Positions 19,490-29,240 of a stretch of 64,000 bases of DNA are shown piece by piece. A program made the position numbers and the translations under genes. This DNA comes from Vulcanimicrobiota bacterium. GTDB lineage: Bacteria > Vulcanimicrobiota > Xenobia > Xenobiales > JADMJV01. The notes beneath the pieces are model-generated. The model had not been told where the DNA came from. It saw only the letters and a list, made by a program, of their open reading frames with translations, and ran no database searches. The number at the start of each line of letters is the position of its first letter. Position 1 is the stretch's first letter. The stretch covers positions 791,659-855,658 of the forward strand of contig JBFWNU010000002.1 in the NCBI GenBank assembly GCA_050250895.1, written 5' to 3'.

Positions 19490-19770
19490 CAAGAACTCCC
19501 GTCCTCGTGGTGGCGCCGCCACAAAAGCTTGGCTGCCGCGAGTGAGGCCAAAAAGTTGAGCAGGGCGTAGGTCAGGGCTAGATCGACGAACATGTCGAGG
19601 TGGTGAAAGAGGACTCCGACCACCAGCAACAGTACCGTCGTTTTGGTTCCGATAATGTTGGCCCCGATCATGCGGTCGATGGTGGTAGGGCCAATCACCG
19701 TGCGGTAAAGCATCGGTAGCATCATGAGGATGAGCAGCACGCCAGTGACGAGAAAAGCGGTTTCCATCAT
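19489..19770 (-). CDS. mnhF: Na+/H+ antiporter subunit F
   Basis: YRTVIGPTTIDRMIG, DLALTYALLNF; start MMETAF. Confidence 0.92.
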   Translation of the reverse strand: MMETAFLVTGVLLILMMLPMLYRTVIGPTTIDRMIGANIIGTKTTVLLLVVGVLFHHLDMFVDLALTYALLNFLASLAAAKLLWRRHHEDGSS

Positions 19771-20258
19771 TTGGGCAGCTCCAACCCGGGCTCGAAGGTG
19801 GCCGCGATGCGACGTTCCATCTCGCCTGGTAGCGAAGCCGCCATGCCCTCGGTCAAGGCGTGAACCATGAAACGCGGTCCGTCGACTCTTACCGTCACCG
19901 TTCCGGGGGTCAAGGTGATCGACTGGGCGAAGACCCAGCGCGAGAAGTCTTGGCGCAAGTGGGTCTCGAACTCGAAGGTCTGGGGCGAGATCGCCTCGAG
20001 CACGTTGGGTCGCAAGACCAACTTGAAGACCTCGATATTGGCGATGATGATCTCTTTGACCAGCCACACCAGGTAGGCCGGCACCCGGGTCACCATGGCC
20101 CAATCGACGGGGCCGCTATCCCCGCGCAGGATGATGTTGCCGGTCGAGCGGGCCACCCACAAGGAGGCCAGAGCCCCCAGGCTCAAGTGAAACGGGTCGA
20201 ACATACCCGACAACACCACCCAGGTGGCCATCAGCAGTATGAACCTCAGCCAGAACAC
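19767..20258 (-). CDS. mnhE: Na+/H+ antiporter subunit E
   Basis: EIIIANIEV, AQSITLTPGTVT, VHAL. Confidence 0.92.
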   Translation of the reverse strand: MFWLRFILLMATWVVLSGMFDPFHLSLGALASLWVARSTGNIILRGDSGPVDWAMVTRVPAYLVWLVKEIIIANIEVFKLVLRPNVLEAISPQTFEFETHLRQDFSRWVFAQSITLTPGTVTVRVDGPRFMVHALTEGMAASLPGEMERRIAATFEPGLELPK

Positions 20259-20295
20259 GCGCGCCTATTCAATAGCTGCCCCCGTCCACCTTCAA

Positions 20296-20988
20296 TCAAC
20301 AATGGCCGACCTGGATGGGGCAAAAATCGAGAAAATCGCAGGATACCAGGTGATAGTGCACCCCGTTGCGCAGCCCTCGCACAGGGCGGTGATTGCCACC
20401 GAGATGCAGGTGTCCATAGACGCACACATCGATGCTGGCGGCCTCGAGCACCTGCGTGAATTCGGTTTCGGCCTGCCGGTGGGTCAGGGGAGGGTAGTGG
20501 ATCAGCGCGATGCGCAGCCTGGCGTCCTTGGCCAGGGCCCCGGTCGAGAGTTTGAGGCGTTCCACCTCGCGTCGGTAGATTTTCTCGTCATGAGCGTCGT
20601 CGAAGCCATCGGGCCCAGGCAGGTCCCAGCCCCGAGTGCCGCACACAGCTACCGGGCCCACCTGGACCGCGTCATTTTGCAGAAAGTGTAACCCGGGAAA
20701 GCGCTTGCGCACCTTGCCCAGGCTCTGCCACCAGTAATCGTGGTTGCCTTTGCAGAGTATCTTGATCCCGGGCAGGTTGGCGATGAAACTCAGGTCCTGG
20801 TCGGCTTGCTCGAGCTTCATCGCCCAGCTGTGGTCTCCGGGCAGCAGCAGCAGGTCGTCGTCGGCCACCCGTTGGCGACAGTTTGCCTCGACCTTTTCCC
20901 AGTGGCGACCCCAGTGCTCTCCAAAAAGATCCATGGGCTTGTCACCACCCAGCGAGAGGTGAAGGTCACTGATTGCCCAGATTTTCAT
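20296..20988 (-). CDS. calcineurin-like metallophosphoesterase
   Basis: SDLH, PGD, KGNHD, HYPP, YGHLH; start MKIWAISDLH. Confidence 0.92.
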   Translation of the reverse strand: MKIWAISDLHLSLGGDKPMDLFGEHWGRHWEKVEANCRQRVADDDLLLLPGDHSWAMKLEQADQDLSFIANLPGIKILCKGNHDYWWQSLGKVRKRFPGLHFLQNDAVQVGPVAVCGTRGWDLPGPDGFDDAHDEKIYRREVERLKLSTGALAKDARLRIALIHYPPLTHRQAETEFTQVLEAASIDVCVYGHLHLGGNHRPVRGLRNGVHYHLVSCDFLDFCPIQVGHC

Positions 20989-21062
20989 CGGCCCGCCCTT
21001 TTCGCCCGGCGTGGGCCTTTCCTGCGGGCAGGTCGCCACACCGAAAACTCGAAAAGCCAGCA

Positions 21063-21908
21063 ATGCTTGCCACCCCGGCCACGAAAGCCCACGAGATCGC
21101 CGTCGATATCTTCGGCGTGGGCTCTCGCCCCTGCCGCGTGAGTCAGGAGAAGATCGTCGACTACTACACCGACGGTCGTCCCCTTTTTGAGTGGGAGGAA
21201 ATGCGCCAGCGCTTCATCCTGGGCAGTCAGACCAAGATTCTGAATTATTGTGAGCCGTGCTTTTTGAGCGTGTTTGGGGGGCTCGAGGGCTGCAAAGGCG
21301 AGATCGACAACCTCGATATCCTCTTTCGGGCCATGGCCGAACAGGCTCCCCACTCGCCCTGGAACGAGGTTCCTCAGGACGGGACTCCGATATTCCCCGA
21401 TCAGCTCCGAGAAATGGCCGTGCAGCTCGAGTTGTTGCGGGTCACTCTACACCAATCCGAATGGCCCATCGCCCAGCCTCGTTACGACGGGCAATCGGTG
21501 CGAGAGCAGTTGCCCGACGGGCCCGGTCGGCGCCAGTTCTATATCTGGGATGGCGAAGGGCCACCTTCGATCATCGCTCACAACGATGGCTATCAGATCT
21601 ATTTCTCCAAGCATGGCCTGTTAGTCAAACCGACCTACTCCGATCCGATACCCCACACCTTCGTCAAGATCTGGCGCGAACACCGCGGAACCTTCGGCCT
21701 GAGCTCCAGTGGCGAGACCATCGGCTTTCCCATCTCGAGGGGTAGATATCCCATGTGGGGGTTCGAGAACGTGCCCGGGGCCGAGTTGGTGGTCGAGGTG
21801 ATTCCGTCCGACGAGGCATTCGCAGACGTGATCGACATCCTTGATGTCTTCGTGTCGCTGGCCAATCAGTTCGATACCGGGATCACCATCCGTGCCCTCG
21901 GACGATAG
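21063..21908 (+). CDS. hypothetical protein
   Basis: Globular-looking 281-aa ORF with Cys cluster (PC...YCEPC...GC), divergent from phosphoesterase. Confidence 0.75.
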   Translation: MLATPATKAHEIAVDIFGVGSRPCRVSQEKIVDYYTDGRPLFEWEEMRQRFILGSQTKILNYCEPCFLSVFGGLEGCKGEIDNLDILFRAMAEQAPHSPWNEVPQDGTPIFPDQLREMAVQLELLRVTLHQSEWPIAQPRYDGQSVREQLPDGPGRRQFYIWDGEGPPSIIAHNDGYQIYFSKHGLLVKPTYSDPIPHTFVKIWREHRGTFGLSSSGETIGFPISRGRYPMWGFENVPGAELVVEVIPSDEAFADVIDILDVFVSLANQFDTGITIRALGR

Positions 21909-21942
21909 GAGTTTTGCCGTTCCCTGAGAACAAGGCCGGGCC

Positions 21943-23187
21943 ATGGGGGACGAAAAGAAGACAGGGGTAGATCCGGGTATGGGTTGGTGGAGGACGGTCC
22001 TATGGCTGGTCGTACTGCTGGTCGGCTTCATGCTGCTGGCCCACATCACGAACACCCTGTTGGTTTTTGGCCTGGCCTGGCTGATCGCTTATCTGCTCAA
22101 TCCGGTCGTCGATCTGCTCGAGGGCCAGAAGCTTGGCCCCGTCAAAGAACTCAAGCGCGGTGTAGCCATTTCGCTGGTCTATCTCATCTTGATCGGAGCG
22201 CTGCTGGCGGTGGCCGCCCTTCTCTTTCCTCAGGTCTCGCACCAGATGGAGAAGGTGTTGGCCCTTCAAAGCACCCTCGACGACCCTATCGAGCTGCGTT
22301 TTCGCATTCAAGAGAAGATCGATTTTCTCATGGACAAGCTGCGTCTGCCCACCGAGACTCGCGACCAATTGTTCAAGCGTGCCGCCGAGCTCGTCCAGGA
22401 TAGCACCTCCAAGATCGGCAGCTGGGTGGGCAAGGCCTTTCAATACCTGGCCGCTTTCATCGGTCAGATGGTCTCGGGCCTGTTCCTGTTCATCACCGCC
22501 CTGATCGTCTCGATCTACATGTTGCAGAATTGGCACGACTCGGGCGACGTATTTGTCGAGTGGCTGCCTTACGACTATCAAGACGACGCTCGGGCCCTGG
22601 GTCTGAAGATGAACGAGATCTTCGGCGGCTACCTCAAGGCCACCATCATTACCAGTTTGGCCTGTGGCGTGGCCACCCTGGTGGCGCTGTGGATCCTGTC
22701 CACGATATGGGGCGCTCACTTCCCTTACATCTTCCTGATCGCTTTCATCGCTGGCATGACCTATCCAATCCCCATTCTAGGAATCATCGGAACCTCCATC
22801 GTGGGTGGCGTTCTCGGCTTTTTGCCCGAGAATGACCTGGGGTTCGCGGTAGCCGTGTTCGTGGTGATCAACGTGGTGAACAGCATCATCGACCGGACCG
22901 TCCAGCCCAAGCTGATGAGCGACGCCATCGGAGTATCCGAGTTGTTCGTGATGTTCGCGGCCTTTGCCGGCGGCGAGTTGATGGGTATCTGGGGAATGCT
23001 GCTGGGTATCCCGGTGGCCGCCATGGCCAAGACTCTGTTCGTCTGGTTCCACGGGCGCTTTCTGGTGGATCAGCCCGAGCCCGTTCCCCCTCCCGAAGAG
23101 CCCCGCTCGAAGAAGGCCGACAGGAAGAAGAAAAAGCCCGCCAAGAAAGAGGCTCCCGAGCCTTCCCCTACCGAGCCCGCCGTCTAG
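21943..23187 (+). CDS. AI-2E family (UPF0118) transporter
   Basis: AYLLNPVVD, GGYLKA, PIPILG, VQPKLM, GIWGMLLGIP. Confidence 0.9.
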   Translation: MGDEKKTGVDPGMGWWRTVLWLVVLLVGFMLLAHITNTLLVFGLAWLIAYLLNPVVDLLEGQKLGPVKELKRGVAISLVYLILIGALLAVAALLFPQVSHQMEKVLALQSTLDDPIELRFRIQEKIDFLMDKLRLPTETRDQLFKRAAELVQDSTSKIGSWVGKAFQYLAAFIGQMVSGLFLFITALIVSIYMLQNWHDSGDVFVEWLPYDYQDDARALGLKMNEIFGGYLKATIITSLACGVATLVALWILSTIWGAHFPYIFLIAFIAGMTYPIPILGIIGTSIVGGVLGFLPENDLGFAVAVFVVINVVNSIIDRTVQPKLMSDAIGVSELFVMFAAFAGGELMGIWGMLLGIPVAAMAKTLFVWFHGRFLVDQPEPVPPPEEPRSKKADRKKKKPAKKEAPEPSPTEPAV

Positions 23188-23304
23188 GCAACGTGCCTTT
23201 TTTGTAACAATCGGCGGGATGTTCAAGAGTCAGCAACTCATGGCAACCGACCGAGTTGTTAACTTCAAACTCCAGCACCGGCCCAGGCCAAGGAGGAGTT
23301 TTCG

Positions 23305-24306
23305 TTGTTAAATAGGCTTTCTACCGCCCCCACTATCCACCAGGCGCGAGTCAAGACTCGTTCGCACCAGCACAAACAGCCGGTAGATCGCTTTACTCCC
23401 AGTTCTCCCAATCTAGAAGCGAGGTCTGACGCCCTTCGCCAGGCCGCCCTCTCGCGAACGTCCGCTCCGAGCGACGAACAGGTCCGCAATTTTCCGGGCC
23501 GCGAGGGCTACCAGGCCGAGTTTCTGGGGCGAGACCTGCCGCTGCCTGCCCTGGCCCCCGAGATTGCCGATCGGGCCGCTCCTTTGCGTTCCAATCCCAA
23601 CGAACATGTGCTCAAGTACACTCATTTTTCGATCGTGATGGACAAAGAGCGAAGAGCTCCCATCTTCACCGCCGTCAACATCGACGGAGCCCAGCTGGTA
23701 GATGTTCCCCGCGACGGCGATTGGGCCATCGATGGCCGCATGGCTCGCGAGTATCAGCTGGGCAACGAGGCTTACACCCACAACCCTATCGACCGTGGTC
23801 ACATGGTGCGCCGGCGCGACCCGGTCTGGGGTCCCGAGGCTCGCCAGGCCAGCGAAGACACCTTCGTTTATACCAACGCCTCTCTGCAGCACCAGGACCT
23901 CAACCAGAAAGAATGGCTGGAACTCGAAAACCACATCTTCGACCACGCCGAAACGCAAGACCAGAAGATGACTGTCTTTACGGGCCCCGTCTTCCGCGAC
24001 GACGACCCGGTTTTCGACAACAAGGGTCGTATCAATCCCCCCACCCAGATTCCCGAGGAATTTTGGAAGATGGTGGTCTGGAACGACCCCGAGGAGGGCC
24101 TCAAAGGCGCGGCCTTCGTCCTGTCGCAGCGAGACCTGATCGGGCACCGAAGCTTGTTCAAGAGCGACCTGCCCCCCGGGCGTTTTCAGGTCTACCAGGT
24201 TCCCATCGAGAAGCTCGAGCAGATGACCCATCTCAAGTTCGGCCCGGTGGCAGGCGTCTGCCAACAGAGTTGCCTGATCGGCGAGATCGACCACATCCAG
24301 GTGTAG
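23305..24306 (+). CDS. DNA/RNA non-specific endonuclease with N-terminal extension
   Basis: LKYTHFSIV, IDRGHMVRR, TFVYTN, WLELEN, TGPVF, IPEEFWK; AAGGAGG RBS before TTG. Confidence 0.92.
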   Translation: MLNRLSTAPTIHQARVKTRSHQHKQPVDRFTPSSPNLEARSDALRQAALSRTSAPSDEQVRNFPGREGYQAEFLGRDLPLPALAPEIADRAAPLRSNPNEHVLKYTHFSIVMDKERRAPIFTAVNIDGAQLVDVPRDGDWAIDGRMAREYQLGNEAYTHNPIDRGHMVRRRDPVWGPEARQASEDTFVYTNASLQHQDLNQKEWLELENHIFDHAETQDQKMTVFTGPVFRDDDPVFDNKGRINPPTQIPEEFWKMVVWNDPEEGLKGAAFVLSQRDLIGHRSLFKSDLPPGRFQVYQVPIEKLEQMTHLKFGPVAGVCQQSCLIGEIDHIQV

Positions 24307-24407
24307 TTCGACGCTTCGCGTCGCGAGCGGATTAAAGGCCGTCGTTGCTAGAAGATTGCCGCCCCCCGAAGCCCACGATAGGGTACAATCGTGGGCTTCT
24401 TTATGTT

Positions 24408-25538
24408 CTAGCCGCGCAACCGCACGCGGGTCGCCCCGACGCCGGCCAGGCAGCCCAGAACCATGAGGACGCCGGCCGCCAGGGGACTGGTCCAGGTGGC
24501 CACGGCCGCGATCAGGGTGGCACCGATGGGAATGAGACTGCGGTCCATCAGGGCCAGCCCCATCACCCGTCCCTGCAGCTGGGGCGGCACCGATTGTTGG
24601 ACCAGGATGCGACTGCCGGTCCGAAAGCCCTGGCCGGCAAAGCCGATCAGCAATAGTGAAGCGTAGACCAGCCAGGCCGGTCGGGCCAGCACGAACAGCA
24701 GTAGGCCCGCCGAGAAGAGCAACATCCAGCCGGCTAGCTGGGGTTGACCACCCTCGCGGGTTTGCCACAGCGAGCCGAGCAAGGCTCCCAGGGCGGCAAG
24801 CGAGAGATAAAGGCCCAGCCCGTCGGCGCCCTGGTGATGCAGGTCGCGGGCGAACAGCGGCATCATGGCTGTATAAGGAAAGCCGAACAGCATGGCCGGC
24901 AGGGTCAGGGTGAGCAGCGAGCGCAGCTCGGGGTGGGTGCGCAAGAGCGACCAGACACTCTCGTGGGGGTCGGTGGCGCGCGGGGTGCCGCCCAGGCCGC
25001 CACCCAGTCCGACGGCCTGGGTCGCGGTCAGGGCGGTGGCCACCAGGAAGGGGATGATGAGGGGGGTCTGGCTGACCAGCAGGCCGCCGAGCACCGGGCC
25101 CAGCAGGCGACCCAGGTTCATCGTCGTGGCGCTCCAGGCCAGGGCCCTGGATAGTTCGTCGCGTCGCGACAGGTCGACCAGCAAGGCCTGGCGGATGGGC
25201 GGGTCCATGCAGGCCAGCGACTCGCGTCCGATGAGCAGACTGGCCAGCAGCCAGAAGGGGGCCTCCCAGAGCAGGCACAGACCCACCACCGGCGTCATGG
25301 CCGAGACCAGAAAAGTAAGCAGCCGGTAGAGTCGCAGTCGCTCGAAGCGGTCGGCCAGCACTCCGGCTGGATAGCTCAGCAGTAGTCCCGGCAACAGGCG
25401 ACAGGCATTGACCAGAGCCAGATAGAGGGCCGAGTCGGTGGCTTGCAGCACGGCCCAGTTGAGGGCCACCAGATAGACCCACTCGGCCACCCGGGCCCCT
25501 AGAAAGGCCGTCATGAAGATACGTAGTCGCCGACTCAT
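24408..25538 (-). CDS. MFS exporter of siderophore cluster
   Basis: AGVLADRFER motif, VPPQLQGRVMG; ATGA-coupled to synthetase. Confidence 0.85.
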   Translation of the reverse strand: MSRRLRIFMTAFLGARVAEWVYLVALNWAVLQATDSALYLALVNACRLLPGLLLSYPAGVLADRFERLRLYRLLTFLVSAMTPVVGLCLLWEAPFWLLASLLIGRESLACMDPPIRQALLVDLSRRDELSRALAWSATTMNLGRLLGPVLGGLLVSQTPLIIPFLVATALTATQAVGLGGGLGGTPRATDPHESVWSLLRTHPELRSLLTLTLPAMLFGFPYTAMMPLFARDLHHQGADGLGLYLSLAALGALLGSLWQTREGGQPQLAGWMLLFSAGLLLFVLARPAWLVYASLLLIGFAGQGFRTGSRILVQQSVPPQLQGRVMGLALMDRSLIPIGATLIAAVATWTSPLAAGVLMVLGCLAGVGATRVRLRG

Positions 25539-27274
25539 CGGGCCTGCCTGAAGAGGGGGTTGGTCACCGGCACATAGTGATAGTCGGCGGCCGGGGCCAG
25601 TCGCATGCGCGTCAGGGCTTTGTGTTTCAGGCGGGGGGCATAGAGGGCCTCGCGGTCGGTCCGAACCCAGGCCCGGCAGCGCGGGTCACGCTCGAGCCTG
25701 GCCAGGTGTCGGGCGCTGACCTGGTGGACCTCGGCCCAGAGCAGGGTTTCGTCCAATTCGAAGCGCTCGGCCAGATGCAACACGATCTCGCCCAGGTGAG
25801 CCTGATAAAGGCAATAGAAAAGCTTGTCGCGAGCCGCCTCGAGGGTGGGCGAGATGGTCACCGAGCCGGGGGCCAGCGGCAGGGCCAAACCGCGCGCCGA
25901 CAGGCGGGGAGCGAAGGCGCGGATGCCGCCCCAGTCAAGCGCCAGCAGGCGGCTGGGTCGGCCCTGGTCGAAAGCCACGATGCAATTCTGCAGGTGGGCT
26001 TCAAGGGCCAGCCCGAAACCGCAGAGCAAGGTCAGGTGCGGCGGCACGATCAACTGGGCATAGTCGGCCATGAAGGCTACCGGGCCGCGGCCGTGACGGG
26101 CCACCGCTTGCTCGAGCAGACTGCCCGAACCGGTCGGAGCCTGGCTGGTGAGCGAGCAGCAGGCGATGGGGATCTCGCCCGGGGCCAGTTTGGGATCGGT
26201 CCCTTCGCGAACGATGCAGTTCAAGAGACGGGGGCTGGCCTGGTGAGGGCGATAGTGCAGCCCGGCCAGCTCGGCCAGGGGCACGAAATCGGCTCCCAAT
26301 TCGCACCGCAGCCCGTTGAGCAGGCGCGACACAGCTGGCCCGTTGAGGGTGGTCTGGGGGCTGATGCACCGCTGGGTCGAGGTCATCTGGCTCGAAACCG
26401 ACAGCTTGAGGCGATAGCCGGCCGACACGGCCAGGGTTCTAAACGAGGCCGTCGAGCGGACTTCGCGTTGCCAGTCTTCGAGACGCAGGTCACCGACCTC
26501 GAGGTCGGCAGCCAGTGATGGCAGCACCGTCTGTTGCTGCCAGCGGTGCACGGGCAGGGGCCAGCGGTCGCCGCCGGGTAAGGGGCCAAGGACTTCTTCG
26601 AGTAGCTGACGAGGGGGCTCGATGCCGGCCCACTCGACCCGCCCGGGGTCAGCCGAGAAGAGCCCGATGGTGGGCCTTCCTTCGAGTTCAGCCGAGCCCT
26701 CCATCAGCGCCCTGGGGTCGAGATCGAGGCGGGTCTTGGCGCATGGGTGAAGGTTGTGCCCTTCGATGCAGAGCGTCTCTGAGAACAGGGCGCGGTCGAA
26801 ACCGGGATCCTGGGCCAACCTTTCGACCAGTTCGAAGTAGTCGCTGCAGCCCAGGTCGGCCAGGCCGTGGGCGCGACGCTGCCAGAAAGCCCTGGCCAGG
26901 GCCAGGTTGGCGGCTCCGTTCTCTAGCTCGAGGGCGAGTTGGTCCCACTGAAGACCGGGCTGGTTGGTGCGCACGCTGGCGATCAGCTCGAGCGGCGTGG
27001 TCAACTCCCGGCCTCCGGCCCGGATGCGCCCCAGAATGCGGTTTCGACCCAGGGCGAAGCCTTCCACCTGCTCGATAGTCACGGCCCCCAGGCGACAGTC
27101 GGACAGACCGGCGAGGGGTTCGCCCGCGAACCCCTCGCGCAGGAGCGAGCCGGCCAGCCGCTTGAGTGTGTCGGCGTGGGCTCCCGGCAGCTGCTCGAGA
27201 AAGATCGGAGCCAGGGTGGGGTCGTTGGCCTGGAGGTATTCCAGGCGCTGTTGTTCTTCGCTGCTAAGCTTCAT
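25535..27274 (-). CDS. IucA/IucC family NRPS-independent siderophore synthetase
   Basis: EGHNLHPCAKTR, PVHRWQ, TASFRT, LEAHLQN. Confidence 0.92.
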   Translation of the reverse strand: MKLSSEEQQRLEYLQANDPTLAPIFLEQLPGAHADTLKRLAGSLLREGFAGEPLAGLSDCRLGAVTIEQVEGFALGRNRILGRIRAGGRELTTPLELIASVRTNQPGLQWDQLALELENGAANLALARAFWQRRAHGLADLGCSDYFELVERLAQDPGFDRALFSETLCIEGHNLHPCAKTRLDLDPRALMEGSAELEGRPTIGLFSADPGRVEWAGIEPPRQLLEEVLGPLPGGDRWPLPVHRWQQQTVLPSLAADLEVGDLRLEDWQREVRSTASFRTLAVSAGYRLKLSVSSQMTSTQRCISPQTTLNGPAVSRLLNGLRCELGADFVPLAELAGLHYRPHQASPRLLNCIVREGTDPKLAPGEIPIACCSLTSQAPTGSGSLLEQAVARHGRGPVAFMADYAQLIVPPHLTLLCGFGLALEAHLQNCIVAFDQGRPSRLLALDWGGIRAFAPRLSARGLALPLAPGSVTISPTLEAARDKLFYCLYQAHLGEIVLHLAERFELDETLLWAEVHQVSARHLARLERDPRCRAWVRTDREALYAPRLKHKALTRMRLAPAADYHYVPVTNPLFRQAR

Positions 27275-28932
27275 CGGGCCAGAGGGTTGGGAACTTTCGT
27301 GTAGCTATAGTCAACCACCATCTCTTGGAGGCGCATGAAGGTCATGCGCTTATAGTCGAGGGTGGGGCCAAGCAGAGCGGCCAGATCGCCCGGGCCCCAG
27401 GGCGAACGCATCAAGTCGGGAGCCCAACTCTCGACCTGACGGGCTAGCTGACTCCACCAGGTCCTCTCGGAACCGTGGCCCTGACGGGTCAAAGCCTGAG
27501 CCAACTGACCCAGATGGTTGATTAAGAGCGGGTAGAAAAGCTTGTTCCGCAGCTCGCGCGGATCTTCGGCCAGAGTGGCCGAGTTGGGATGGAAGTGGGT
27601 GTCCAGACCCAGCCGCTCCAGTCGGGCCGGAGCCACCCGCACTCCGCCGAAGTCACGATAGAGCATGCGCACCGGCCGGCCCCCCTCGAAAACCATGACA
27701 CAATTCTGCAGGTGGGCCTCGAGGGACACTCCATAAAGGGTGAGCAGCCGCAGCAGGGGCTCGACCAGCACCTGGCAGTAGTCTTGGAAGAAGCGGGCCG
27801 GGCTGGCGGGATAGACGGCCAGAAGATCGTCGAGGACCAGGCCGCGACCACTGGGAGCGGCCTCGATCAGGGCCGCCGCTGGCATGGCCACCTGGCCCCG
27901 CGCCACCTGGCTTTCGGAATTCTGGCGCAACAACAGGCTGAGGCTCTTCTGCAGGGCGAATCGGTCGGGGCCGGCTTCGGGAGGGTCAAAGTAGCCGGCC
28001 GCTTCCTCTTTCAAGATGACCAGCCGACCACCAAAGTGGTCTTCGCGGGCGCTGATCTGTTGTAGCAGAAGGGTCAGCATCGGGCCGTTTTCGGCCGCGT
28101 TGGGGCTGACCGTGCGGATGGCCCCGGTGAGCTGGATGTCGACGGCGGTTTTGAGGTGGGGTCTGGTGAGCGAATCCATCGGGGCCATCGAGCGAAAACT
28201 CATCAGGGGGCGGACGGCCAGACCCGGGCCGTCGATTCTCTGCACAGAACCGTCTTCTAGCCAGCGCTGATAGCGTTTGCCCAGTTCACTCAATTGGTGC
28301 GGATGAATCGCCAGCAGCGCACGCCGGCCCGCTAACGGGGCCAGTTCCGGATAGGCCTCGACCAGGCACCGGGTCAAGCCGGCGCCGGTTTCGCGAAAGT
28401 GCGAGGGGGCGATGGAAAGCAGAGGCAGTCGCACCACCGCTTCGGCCTCGGGCGACCAGTCGAACCAGCCGTCGGCCGGCATGTGCTTGCGCAGCTTGGC
28501 CACCGGGTGAAGGGGATGTCCCTCGAAGACCCACTGTTCAAAGAAGGTCGAGGTGGCAAAGCTCGAGTCGTCCAGGCTACGAGCGGCCGCCCATTCGACC
28601 GCGTTACGCTGACCGAACGCCTGTTGTCTAAAACGCCGGAACACCCGAGCCAGGGCGAGATTGACCACGCTCTGGCGCAGTTCGGCCGCCAGCCGTTCGA
28701 GCCCCTCGTTCGAGTAGCCCGCTAACCCCCGTAGCATCTGGTCGGGGTGGGCCGGCATCAGGGTGGGGGGATGACCCAGTTCTTCCAGCTGCAGGGCCTG
28801 GGCCAGACGCTGGCAGGCGGTCAGGCGTGCCGCCGGCAGCTCTTGCCGGAAGGGGTCAAGCCAATCCGGGCGCCGACGCCCGAGAGCCTCGAGGATTTCG
28901 GCCTCCTCGCGATGGATGAGAGTTGTTTGCAA
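27271..28932 (-). CDS. IucA/IucC family NRPS-independent siderophore synthetase
   Basis: EGHPLHPVAKLR, IHPHQ, LMSFRS, HLKTAVDIQLTGAIR, LEAHLQN, RDFGG. Confidence 0.92.
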   Translation of the reverse strand: MQTTLIHREEAEILEALGRRRPDWLDPFRQELPAARLTACQRLAQALQLEELGHPPTLMPAHPDQMLRGLAGYSNEGLERLAAELRQSVVNLALARVFRRFRQQAFGQRNAVEWAAARSLDDSSFATSTFFEQWVFEGHPLHPVAKLRKHMPADGWFDWSPEAEAVVRLPLLSIAPSHFRETGAGLTRCLVEAYPELAPLAGRRALLAIHPHQLSELGKRYQRWLEDGSVQRIDGPGLAVRPLMSFRSMAPMDSLTRPHLKTAVDIQLTGAIRTVSPNAAENGPMLTLLLQQISAREDHFGGRLVILKEEAAGYFDPPEAGPDRFALQKSLSLLLRQNSESQVARGQVAMPAAALIEAAPSGRGLVLDDLLAVYPASPARFFQDYCQVLVEPLLRLLTLYGVSLEAHLQNCVMVFEGGRPVRMLYRDFGGVRVAPARLERLGLDTHFHPNSATLAEDPRELRNKLFYPLLINHLGQLAQALTRQGHGSERTWWSQLARQVESWAPDLMRSPWGPGDLAALLGPTLDYKRMTFMRLQEMVVDYSYTKVPNPLAR

Positions 28933-28966
28933 AGGGTTTTCTCGCTTAAACAGGTTGGCTTAATTC

Positions 28967-28985
28967 AGAAATTAGGCTTGCCTAG
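28967..28985. promoter_or_regulatory. DtxR/IdeR-like iron box
   Basis: AGAAATTAGGCTTGCCTAG matches 12/19 of TTAGGTTAGGCTAACCTAA, 35 nt upstream of first synthetase start. Confidence 0.5.
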
Positions 28986-29240
28986 CGGGAGTCTATGTCA
29001 AGCCTATCATGTTGTCAACCCCTATGATGAAGGCATTTCTTGAACGGTTGGTCAGACCGTAAAAGTAGACGGGTGGTTGGACGTTTACATGGACCGGGTC
29101 AAATGTTAACAAGCTGGAAACAGTTTCAGGGCCCTCCAAAAACTCTCACACCTGTTTTGGGGCGTATGCTGAGCAAGAAGTCGAGAGGCCGAGCTAAACG
29201 GAGAGAGGTCCCTCGGAATTAATTTCGGAGGTAGTGTGCA

